Origin: Entomortierella parvispora E1425
Taxonomy: Eukaryota > Fungi > Mortierellomycota
Length of the DNA stretch: 64,000 nt
Reading direction: 5' to 3'
NCBI GenBank assembly: GCA_020891255.1
Contig: BQFW01000012.1
Coordinates: 2,480,001 to 2,544,000 of the forward strand
The number at the start of each line of letters is the position of its first letter. The stretch's first letter is position 1. Below, in pieces: positions 11,017-21,106 of this stretch. The translations under genes were made by a program, and so were the position numbers. The notes under the pieces were generated by a model. That model was given only the letters and a program-made list of their open reading frames with translations. It did not search any database and was not told where the DNA came from.

Positions 11017-13128
11017 CTACCAGACTTTAGCTGAAGAAGGAGTTGGTTGAGAATGAAGGGGAGTGGAGGAGTGAGGCGAGGAATGAGCGGCAGAAGAAGG
11101 TGAGTTCAGAGACCTTTTGTTCACCCATCGACTCTTGGCCTTGGGAAGGATCTCGGCCAGGCGTCTAGAGTGCTTTCCAGCCGAGCTCTGAAAGTTGTGG
11201 ACGAGCGATTGGAAGCGATCTTTCCATTTCTGACCATCGACATCTTCCCACAGTTCTGGGTTCGCGTCTTTAATCGCCAGTTTGGATTTGCCGCCGTGAT
11301 GAGGATGATGTGGGTGACGGTTGCTTTCGGGTGTAAACTGTGTAGGGCTGCTTTGATACTTTCTCAATAAAGACGAGCCTCGTTGCAGGATGCTGTTGGC
11401 TGTATGGCTTTGGTGACCACTCTTTAGATTCACTGCTGCCGCAGCCGTGGCCGATTGCCAAAACTTTTGAGTGGCAGTCGTTTCAAAGTTGCCGGCCCTT
11501 GAGCAAAGGGTCGAGTGGCCTGAGAAAGTCGGCGGGAAGGTGGGGCTGCAAAGCGTTGAAGTGAGCGAAAACGCGCCTGGGGACATGGGTGAACGCGGGG
11601 ACAAGAGAGAATCAGCAGCCTCGTGTTGCTGCTGTTGCTGGCGCAGGAACTGCTGGTGCTCCTTTTGCAGCTTGCTACCCTTGCCAGGACGTCTGCGGGT
11701 CCAGTTGGCATGCCAGGCCCGCCAGTCGACATCGCTGTCCACAGCGGTGGTTGGGGTTGTGGGGCTTGCGATGCCAGTCGGACTGCGACCCTCCTCATGA
11801 TTGGCCTGAGGAATAGGGTGGAAGGCTTTCTCTGAGCAAGGCGACGATGGAGAAGAAGCAGGAGAGCATTGGTCTTTTGCAATTTCCAAACGTTCCAAGT
11901 TCCATTGAAGAGGTAAGATGGGCATTGAAGTTGAAGTATAGGGTTCCTTCTCGGTTCTTGTGGTGCCCAAGGGGCTGTGTAAAGTCGATGGGCTACGGTC
12001 CATCGCGCTATCAGGGCCACCACCGATCATTAATGGTGAGATCGCGTTTGAGGCAAAAAGTGTGGAGAGGATAGATGTCCTGCGGTTGACCAAAAAGGAG
12101 GGTCGTCGCATTTGTGTTTCAATCGCCCAGAGGCGCTGCGACAGTCCCTCCATGGAAGAGAGTGCATGAGGGGAAATAGGTGAGGAAAGGGCCGAGTTAA
12201 CAGAGGAACATGTAGGAGAGGGTAGAGAGGAAGAAGGACTACCTCGATGGGCCGGCAGGGAGGAGGACCGTTCGCTGGAACAGGGAGAAGGTGGACTGTC
12301 GCTACTGTTGTCCGTGGTGATGTGGTGTTGGAAGAGTGCTAGACCAGGAGGGATCGCCCAGTTTCGTTTTGCGCTCTGTTCTTGCTTTTGGATGTCTTCT
12401 GGCGCGATGGCTTCTGCTGTTACTGCTGAGGCTGATGGTTCTTTTGATGTCATCGCAGTAGATGGGGTGGATGCTGTGGATTCTGTGGATGTGATAAAGC
12501 TATGTTCAAGTGGGGAGATTGACTGTACAGGGGAGGAGGAGGAAGAGACGACTGTGATCGAAGAAGAAGAGGGAGAGGGTCTAGTGTTGGGTGGCGAAGG
12601 GAACAGGCTCAGCAAGAAGTCGCTATTCATGGTCGAGACGATCTCCTCCTTCACTTTGGAGATATCGAACTTTGCCTGATCGAGCGTTCTCGGTGACAAG
12701 ACCGTGCCCAGATCTGATACTGATTCCGATGCTGCAACGGAAGGAATTTGGATACAGAGAGTTCCTGCTGAAGAACGCCAATCTTGAACATGCTCAGGCA
12801 CATCTTTGTCTAACGTATCCTTCATGACGTCTGTGAAGGCACTATCGACCAAGTCGCAGAGGTGACGCACATTGGCCTCTAGCGAGGTTTGTGATGAAGA
12901 GACCAATGGCTGATATGAGAAGGGAGAAGAAGGTGTAGAAGCGAATGCTGAGAGAGGGTGAAGAAAGAGTGGTGAATCTGTTTTGCGAGGGCCAAAGGTC
13001 AATGGGAGGAATTGTGGTCTGGAGGCGATGTTGAGCGGTGCGACTGGTTGTGATGAGAATGTGCGTGTGGAGATGCTTCTGGAGAGGGAGCCGGTGGGCT
13101 TTGAGAATTGAGTGGTGGTGACGTCCAT
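11017..13128 (-). CDS. Hypothetical Ser/Pro-rich low-complexity protein (about 703 aa)
   Basis: Long uninterrupted ORF. Probable start MDVTTTQ at 13128, preceded by a pyrimidine-rich leader. No domain recognised. Confidence 0.7.
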   Translation of the reverse strand: MDVTTTQFSKPTGSLSRSISTRTFSSQPVAPLNIASRPQFLPLTFGPRKTDSPLFLHPLSAFASTPSSPFSYQPLVSSSQTSLEANVRHLCDLVDSAFTDVMKDTLDKDVPEHVQDWRSSAGTLCIQIPSVAASESVSDLGTVLSPRTLDQAKFDISKVKEEIVSTMNSDFLLSLFPSPPNTRPSPSSSSITVVSSSSSPVQSISPLEHSFITSTESTASTPSTAMTSKEPSASAVTAEAIAPEDIQKQEQSAKRNWAIPPGLALFQHHITTDNSSDSPPSPCSSERSSSLPAHRGSPSSSLPSPTCSSVNSALSSPISPHALSSMEGLSQRLWAIETQMRRPSFLVNRRTSILSTLFASNAISPLMIGGGPDSAMDRSPSTLHSPLGTTRTEKEPYTSTSMPILPLQWNLERLEIAKDQCSPASSPSSPCSEKAFHPIPQANHEEGRSPTGIASPTTPTTAVDSDVDWRAWHANWTRRRPGKGSKLQKEHQQFLRQQQQQHEAADSLLSPRSPMSPGAFSLTSTLCSPTFPPTFSGHSTLCSRAGNFETTATQKFWQSATAAAAVNLKSGHQSHTANSILQRGSSLLRKYQSSPTQFTPESNRHPHHPHHGGKSKLAIKDANPELWEDVDGQKWKDRFQSLVHNFQSSAGKHSRRLAEILPKAKSRWVNKRSLNSPSSAAHSSPHSSTPLHSQPTPSSAKVW

Positions 13129-15342
13129 GGTGGTGATCGATGAGAGAGTGCAAGAAGAAGAAGAAGTCGGAAGCAAGTCAAAGGACAATGAAGTATCAAG
13201 AAGAGAGAGAAGAGAGGAGAAGCAAGAAGAAAGAAATGAACGCAAAAGACGGGAGAGAAGAAAAAGACGCGTGGGTGGAGGAGGGCACAGACGGCCCCAG
13301 TTTGCGAGCTTTTGGGTTAATATTGGAACTGTTGCGGAGAGCCTCAGTACACTGTCGAGCAAGTCCTCTTGGAACCTGCACGACCTCCTCGTCCTGAGGG
13401 TTATGTAAACGACGTTGTGCAAGTCTCAAAGGAACCCCCTTCCCCCTCTATCCTGACATCTCTCTATTTCCCAATCTCGCTCTCTTGAGCCCCTTCTCTT
13501 TTTTATTATTTTTCTTTCAGTTCTATTCGGACGAACGAGGAGAATTTGTAAAAATAAAAACGACTGTGGAGCCAGTCAGAGTGAGTTGTCTGCTACAAAG
13601 TAGAGGCAAGGGTGAACGGACAGGAGGGAGCGAGCGAGCGAGACACACACGCACACACTCAAAGAGAGACAGAGAGAATGAGAAGGAGAGGAGAGGAGAG
13701 ATGGCAAAAAAGAAGGGTCATTTGTATCGAACGGGAAGAGGAGGTAGTCTAACTGTTCAACGAGGAGACCGCCTCACCGCCGTCGTGAGGCTCATGTTGA
13801 GCCAGAGAACAACAAAGGAATCCAGGGCAAAAGAATGGCCTTCCCGCGTGAATTACATGAAAAACGGGGGGACGTCGAGGGGCTGGTGAATACCGTTGCG
13901 GACAGTGGACGCCCTTTTCTGCTCCCTAAACGACGCGTTTGACGCGAACGTCAACCCTGCTTTTTTTTTTCTTATATATTTATAAACGAGCCAGGTCGGC
14001 GAAAAAAAAGATGCGCAATGCATGGGGGGGGGGGGGGATGAGGAACCAAGGCGGCAAGAAAAAAGAAGGCAGCAAGGAAATAAGACAAGACAAAGAAGAA
14101 GGTGTCAAGGATCAACGATGAGACAAAACAAGGAGAACCATTGAGGATTGAGCCGACGCGGGGTCACGCACAGCCTGCAAAAGAGTGCAGCAGGACTGGG
14201 CTGGCAGCTGTCGCAACATGTACGACTTTGTTCTTTGTCCAGGAAACACAAGTGTGTTTGTTCGGGAGTTTGTGCGGAAATGGGGGGGCGAGAGGGTGAA
14301 GGACGGGGCGTTGCGTGCGCATGTCTGTCTGCATGTGTAAGAGAGACAAGACAGACAAAAGACAAAAAGACAGAAGGACACGAAGAGAGACAGACAGACA
14401 TGCCCCAGGGAGACACCAGGCAGGGCACAGCTGCAGACTGGCCCTTTATCTCTTCAACACCAGCAGCATGCATGGCCCCAAAAGGATCAACTCCAACCAC
14501 TGCCGAAGAGGGCAGGGCAAGGCGGATCGTGTGAGAGGAGCACGACGGGCAGCGCAGCACGACAGACGGAGCAGCAAGACAGACAGAGTAGCAAGACAGA
14601 CAGACAGAGAGACAGAGGACCATGACGACAAGATAAAAAAAAAGAAAGACCGAGTCCAGGTCCCGGGCCACCGACAGGGACGACGATCGACCCACACACG
14701 AATTATCGGACAAAATACAATTATTGCAATGATAAATAAGAATGAGTCGCCATGCTCATTCATGGCTCATGGTTCTAGGCCAGCCACGCCCAGCGCACCA
14801 CTCACTCGACGCATTCTGTCGGTCGGGGGAACAAGGGTCCTTTCTTCCTTCTGGCTGCAACGTGCCAAAGGGTGTCCATCCATCACTTCTCATTCATCTT
14901 TCATTCTTCCTCCTCTTGCTCTTCCTCTTCCTCTTGTCATTCCTCTCCTGCATGCTTACTTCCAGCCAGGATTCCCGCTCTTGATCCGCCTGTTTTCCTT
15001 TTTGTTTCATTGAATCAGTTTGTTTTATTTATTTTTTATTTCTTTTTTGTCACGTCCCCTTCCCTTTCCCTCCTCATCTGCATTGCACTCATTCACTTCC
15101 ATCCGTCCATCCATCCATCCATCTATCCGTCTTTCTATTGCATTCACGCCCCTCCTCCTCACTCTCATTCGTTCATTCATTCATTGGCATCGCAAAAAGA
15201 GACCTCACGACTCCTTTATTTTCTTCATTGTTCCTGCAGTCCCTTCTTATCTCTCCTCCATCGTTTTCGCGTCAAACGGAGGAGTTCCACATCCCTCCCT
15301 CCTTCCCTCATATAGATCTCGCCTCCTTCTCGCCTCAGAACA

Positions 15343-18300
15343 ATGTCGAGTAAGTTACATTTCTTCTCCATCACCACCCACGCGCGCGCATTCGCATCCA
15401 TTTAGAATGCTGGACACAGCACTTTTTGTTCCTGGCCCTTGCCCCTCACCCCCGGCTCTCTCTGTCGTACACACACACACGCACAGAATAAATTACGCCA
15501 ATCGCAACGACACTCTTGCTATGCCACCCCCGGGAACCAACACAAAGACAGGACAGGACAGGACAGGACATGACAGGATAGGATAGCGCAGCACAGCAGT
15601 CGATAGACAAGACCTGCTAGTACTGCCTGGGATTAGATCAGCCTGGCTTAATCGAGGTTGGGTTGGGTTGGATTGAACTAGACTTGGACTGGGTGAACGC
15701 AAGGCCATGCGTCCTGAATCCCTGGGTCGCTCGAGCTGTCTGTGCGAGAGGGTCCTCTGTAGAGATCCTGCTCCTCCGGCCAAAGTGCCCTTGGTCTCCC
15801 CGCATCCCTCGTCTCCTGCCCAAGCCCGCCTTACTCGTCCTTTGCAGTGCACAGCCATTCATCCTTTCACGGTGTCCATCTAATTTGGGCTTTTTTTTTT
15901 TGTTTTTTTTGCCTTTGCTCTGGTCCAAAACGTTTTTTTCCCTTGGGCCTATTTTTATCTACCCCAATGCCCCCGAAGCAATCTTGTCAAATCGCCCATA
16001 TGATTTGAATTTCATTTCAGTCCCTCTTTGGCAGATCTGTGCCCATTGCTCCAACATCAAAGACAGGCAAACAACAACACAACAACAACAACAACGACAA
16101 CAACTGCGAGAGCAATTGCCGGCTCTCCAGACGGCCATTTATCCAATTCTTTGTTCCTGCTCTCACTCAACACTCATTCGCACTCACTCACTCACCCACA
16201 TTCGTCCTTCCGTTGCACGCGCCTCTTAGATGACTGGAGACGACAAAAGGTCCAGGACCACAAGTTTGACTTTATTGATGTGGAAGACTACGTCGACAAC
16301 TCGCCCTGGCGCAAGTTCAAGTACTCTCTAGTGTTTGCCATTGTCATCAAAGGCATCCTTATTTACTGTGCCGATTTGTGGTATGCCATCATTCGCAGAC
16401 AAGTCAACTATGGAGTGAACTACATCAGCAACAGCGTTTCTTAACCCAATCTTGTCTCTGCCCCGCGCCTCTGCTCTTATCCTCTTTTAGGACGGCCGTC
16501 AACTTGTTAGTCTCTGGTAACTGGACCACCAAACTTGGAGTAGAAGGAGGAAACATTGCCCTCGGTAAGTTCATGTTTCCTGTGACGCCACCAATTTGTC
16601 CAGTCGTCAGCATCGATCAAGCTAACGTTTGTCGCCCCTTTGCTTTACCATAGGCGAGTTCAAAATAACGTTCGCGATTTACAAGGTACAGCATGGAGAA
16701 ATGGCAACAGAAGAAGACCGAATGACCGTTCTGCTACTGTACTCACACAACTTGTCTTTGTGCTGTCTCTAGTATATTTTCTCTGCTTGTATTATCTTGT
16801 CGTTCATTCTTCTGGCTTGGGATATTAAGAAGGCAACGGCCATTATTCAGAGTCGCGACATCAGTTATGCCTTCACCAGTATGATCGCATACCGGTACTA
16901 CGCCATCAAGAGTTACGCCCATTTCTGTCTTTTCCAGAAGATCCACAACTCCAAAAAGACAATCGATGAGATCGCATTCTTTTGTTTCTTTACTTTCAGA
17001 GGTATACATTGGTTCTCTTATTTTTCGCCACTTTAATTTCAAGAGACCCATGATTATTAACACGTCCTGTTTGTATCTTTCAGGTTGGAAGCGACTGCTG
17101 TTTGCCGATGGTCCCAGACAGGTTATCAACGGAATCATCTTGATTACTGTGATCAAGGGTAGCACTCAGAACAACAACGGATTCAGTTTGGCGTTCTGGA
17201 ACTACGGCTACAACACCATGACATCCATTACCATGGGACTCATGATGTTCACATTGACTCTCTGGGTCATCTCTGTCCTGCTCATGATCGTTGCTGTCGT
17301 CCTCTATATCCCGTTGGTTATTCACATTCAGGGTAACTTGAAAGAGTTTTGCTGTCACAAAATCGACAAGCGGTAAGTCCTCGCTCTTTGGGTTGCCCTC
17401 TACTCCAATTGACCAAAGAAAAAAAAAAAAAAAAAAAAGAGAACAAACATGTTGAACATTATCTGTTTTTCCCCTTGATTATTAGAATTGACGAGATTGT
17501 CAAGCGAAAGGCAAAGCAACGTGCTCAGGAATCGGCCAAGAAGGGCGGTGGCGGAGAGAACCTTCCCAAGGCAACACTCCCCAACATTAATCTCTTGGAA
17601 GAGGGACGCAGTTCTCCTGGACCAGGTGCGACTCCTCGCCTGGGAGCCAAGAGCCCGTATATGGCCCCTGGATCGCCTGCAATTCGCAAGGCAGGCTTGC
17701 CAGCACCCAACGATCCTTATCGCCGCCAACATCCCCAACCTCCTCGGCCGTACTCTCCCAGCCCTCGCTCCTATACCCCTTCTTTGGACGATGATGGTGA
17801 TACAAAGCCATTGAGACAGGACAACCATGCTCAACACTACCATAACCGAAACTTGCGTCGACAGGACCAAATGTACGACTATGACGACACTCGGAGTGAG
17901 GTCAGTGAAGGCGCCTACTCTGCCGGTGGTGGATATTTGGCATCCCAGGCTGGACCCCCCAAGCCTCAGGTACATGGACACGGGCACGGTCACGGTCACG
18001 GACACGGACACGGACACAGGAGGCAACCATCAGATACAAGCACGGTGCTCAGTGGGTCAAATCAAGGCAGTGTCGTTAGTGGATATGGACCTCGTCATGG
18101 TGGCAAACCTCATCCCTTGCGCGAGGCTGGCCTCGGACAAGGTAGTCAGTACTCTGACACAGTTATGATGACAGACATGAGTGGTCATCATCGTGGAGTC
18201 GCTCCACCTTATACCAACAATGGATATCACGGACCGCCCACTGGATTGGGTGGTGGATTGGGCCACAACATGGGAGGCAGTGTTGTCGGCGGAGGAAGCG

Positions 18301-18374
18301 TAGTGAGTGGACCTAGCTATGCGGATCAACAACGAGGACGGTACCAGCAGCAGCCCTCACGTCCTTACCACTAA
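15343..18374 (+). CDS. KCH1: Fungal Kch-family (Kch1/Kch2-Prm6-like) potassium transporter/channel with a disordered C-terminal tail (about 556 aa)
   Basis: Exons 15343-15349, 16230-16380, 16491-16564, 16654-16685, 16773-17001, 17084-17372 and 17486-18374, all phase-consistent. Motifs include WRRQKVQDHKFDFIDVEDY, WRKFKYSLVF, IKSYAHFCLF, GWKRLLFADGPRQVING and GNLKEFCCHKIDKRIDEIV. The symbol is family-level and the first exon is inferred. Confidence 0.85.
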
Positions 18375-19136
18375 AAAACAAAAATCATCGAATGGTTAAT
18401 TAAAAGAGAAAAAAAAAACAAAAACTCGGAAAACAGCATTCACTAAAAACCCCTGGCCTGGTATGGTTATTGGATGCAGGTTGTGGGGCAATTACACATT
18501 CTGGAGGCCTGGTAGTTACACCAGAAGGCGACAGCTCACGGTCCAGCCCCACTTTTCCTCACATTCAGCATTTCAAAAAGGGCCTCAGTCTTGGGGTGCC
18601 GAGATGTTCAGCCCTAGGGTTTCCCATGCAAAGACAGGGAATCCCAAGTGTCAATCTACCCTTACCCTGACCCACAGCATTCTTGGGCTTTATAGGTAAC
18701 AAAACCCACCTATAGAGAATGCATTCCATTGAGGGTAAAGCATAGCGACTGTTCGGAATCGGGGAGGATGGAGAGACGACGTTTTTCCCCTTTTGTGCGA
18801 GGGGGGAAAAGGAGGTCCAAGAAGACAAAAAAAAATAAGCGATCTCGCTTGGAGGACAAGATATCTATTTGTATTCCAATGTGGCCTACCAAGCTCGTTC
18901 CATCGTTCTGTTTGCTGTTGAATTGTTGATGCCGATGCCAACCTAACGCTGGGACAAACATAACTCTCTCTCTCTCTCGGACCCAACAAGAGGCACGCGC
19001 AGCGCGCGCGCGCGCTCGTAGATATTCTTTCTGAGGCCGAATGGTGCTGCATGTGGGTCATATTTGTCTGTGCGGGAAGAGGGATGTGGTGGAGACACCA
19101 AAAGAAAACCGTGGTACGTGCAGATCAGAAAGCCCA

Positions 19137-19143
19137 TATAAAG
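19137..19143 (+). promoter_or_regulatory. Putative TATA box of the DHSHH-repeat gene
   Basis: TATAAAG lies about 240 nt upstream of the ATG and is followed by a CT-rich leader. A (GC)7 run sits at 19002-19015. Confidence 0.5.
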
Positions 19144-19378
19144 CAGAGCGAGTCTGCCCCCTTAGTTCATGATATTTTTTTCTCTTTTTCCTTCTCTCTG
19201 CTCTTCTCTCTCTGATCTCTTTCTTCACGCGCACTTCTTCTCCCTCTACGTCTCTCAGGAACGACTGTTTTCTTCGCTCCCTTCCATCTTCACGCGACAT
19301 TTTAAGCCCTTCCTTCACAGAAAGAAAGATCTATTCAGGAACTCTCAACTTCCTTACATCTCCTCTCCGTCTATAAAC

Positions 19379-20704
19379 ATGCGCTTCATTCTCTCTGTTC
19401 TCTTGGCTACGGCCCTTGTTGGCGCCATGGCGACCGCTGATGTTCAGCATGGTCAGCAGGTTGCCTTCCGCTTGGAGCCCCGCCACCAAAAGAAGAATGA
19501 CAACTCTCACCACCAGAAGCAGCAGGCCAACAAGAAGGAACGTCGCGACTTGCAGGATCCCTTGATCGCCGCTAATGTCCCCGTTCCCGTTGAAGCGCCC
19601 ATTGTGGCTGCTGCCCCCATTGAGGACGTCTCCAAGCCCACCGTCTTGGCCCCTCAAGAGGCTGCCCCCATTGTCGCTGCGCAGATTGCCACCCCCGAGA
19701 CCATTGTGGACAAGAAGATCTCCAACTTTGGATTCCATCACCGTATCTCGCGTCAGGGTCGCAAGACCAACCGTCACAGGAAGGTTGACCACTCCCACCA
19801 CCAGCAGCAGCTGAGCGCGGATGGTAAGGACCACTCCCACCATCAGCAGCAGCAGCTGAGCGTGGACGGTAAGGACCACTCCCACCACCAGCAGCAGCTG
19901 AGCGCGGACCGTAAGGACCACTCCCATCATCAGCAGCAGCTGAGCGCGGACGGTAAGGACCACTCCCACCACCAGCTGCAGCAGAGCCAGAACAAGCAGG
20001 CGGATGGTAAGGACCACTCCCACCACCAGTTGCAGCGGAACCAGAACAAGCAGGCGGACGGTAAGGACCACTCCCACCACCAGTTGCAGTGGAACCAGAA
20101 CAAGCAGGCGGATGGTAAGGACCACTCCCACCACCAGCTGCAGCAGAACCAGAACAAGCAGGCGGACGGCAAGGACCATTCCCACCACCAACTGCAGCAG
20201 AACCAGAACAAGCAGGCGGACGGCAAGGACCACTCCCACCACCAACTGCAGCAGAACCAGAACAAGCAGGCGGACGGTAAGGACCACTCCCACCACCAGC
20301 TGCAGCAGAACCAGAACAAGCAGGTGGACGACCATAAGGACCACTCCCACCACCAGCTACAGCAGAACCAGAACAAGCAGGCGGACGGCAAGGACCACTC
20401 CCACCACCAGCTGCAGCAGAACCAGAACAAGAAGGTCGATCACTCGCACCATCAGCCCCAGACCAAGCGCGCTTTGGCTCTTCACCGCAAGAAGGACCAC
20501 TCTCACCACAAGAAGCAGTCTGGCTCTTGCCAGCACAAGAAGCGTGCCTTGAAGTTGCACCGCAAGAAGGTCGATCACTCTCACCACAAGAAGCAGTCTG
20601 GTTCTTGCCAGCACGAGAAGCGTGTTATCAAATTGCACCGCAAGAAGGCTAACTCTCACCACAAGAAGGCTGAACACTCGCATCACAAGAAGGCCGAGAA
20701 CTAA
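19379..20704 (+). CDS. Secreted His/Gln/Lys-rich tandem-repeat protein (441 aa) with 16 DHSHH repeats; candidate peptide precursor
   Basis: ATG at 19379 in an AAAC-ATG context, with a hydrophobic signal-like N-terminus MRFILSVLLATALVGAMATA. Intronless, strongly C/G-ending codons, and TATAAA at 19137-19142. Confidence 0.9.
   Translation: MRFILSVLLATALVGAMATADVQHGQQVAFRLEPRHQKKNDNSHHQKQQANKKERRDLQDPLIAANVPVPVEAPIVAAAPIEDVSKPTVLAPQEAAPIVAAQIATPETIVDKKISNFGFHHRISRQGRKTNRHRKVDHSHHQQQLSADGKDHSHHQQQQLSVDGKDHSHHQQQLSADRKDHSHHQQQLSADGKDHSHHQLQQSQNKQADGKDHSHHQLQRNQNKQADGKDHSHHQLQWNQNKQADGKDHSHHQLQQNQNKQADGKDHSHHQLQQNQNKQADGKDHSHHQLQQNQNKQADGKDHSHHQLQQNQNKQVDDHKDHSHHQLQQNQNKQADGKDHSHHQLQQNQNKKVDHSHHQPQTKRALALHRKKDHSHHKKQSGSCQHKKRALKLHRKKVDHSHHKKQSGSCQHEKRVIKLHRKKANSHHKKAEHSHHKKAEN
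19787..20460 (+). repeat. Coding tandem repeat: four 42-45 nt units followed by about nine mostly 54-nt units (GACCACTCCCACCACCAG...)
   Basis: Near-identical units are directly visible. They encode DHSHHQQQLSADGK and DHSHHQLQQNQNKQADGK. Confidence 0.97.
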
Positions 20705-21106
20705 AAAAAGTTCCTGTCTTGTCGTGTAAAAAGAAGAAAAAAAAAAAAAGGCCTTCAACACGCCCGATACCCCAGTTGATTCATTCCAACCAACATTGAA
20801 AAAAAAACAAGCACCCCTCAAAAAAAAAAAAAAAAAAAAAAGACCAAACTCATTTTGTAATAGAAGCGCTAGGCAGATCAGTCTTTTCTCTCCATCTGTA
20901 AATAATAAACCCGATCCTTGGCGTCCTTCTCCAACAAAGGTATATGTTCAGTCTTTTCCTGTTCGAGGTGGTTGCTTTTCTGAAAGACCATTGATCGAGA
21001 AGACGCCACCAATTTATGGTTGAGGTCACGTGCTAGTTTGACTATAATCTTGTGGCTGATTCGGCGCAGGGGGTTCTTCCTTTCTCTCGCTTCAGATTTA
21101 TTCACT

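Noticed and set aside
14022-14038. Poly-G runs as G-quadruplex candidates (also 54211-54230 and 57365-57386)
   Set aside because: Homopolymer runs are ubiquitous in this window and there is no evidence of function.
19169-19378. ORF-track N-terminal extensions, also 8861-8992, 13129-13422, 59784-59870 and 60115-60426
   Set aside because: They translate CT/T-rich leader DNA into F/L/S runs. Downstream ATGs have better context.
19331-20430. Long antisense ORFs (340-aa Val/Leu-rich; 166-aa Trp/Cys-rich) over the DHSHH gene
   Set aside because: They are shadows of the stop-free tandem repeat. Only the plus frame has a signal peptide, start context and codon bias.
19787-20460. Regularly spaced repeats superficially like a CRISPR array
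   Set aside because: Whole units are repeated with no unique spacers, they lie in frame in a eukaryotic CDS, and there are no cas genes.
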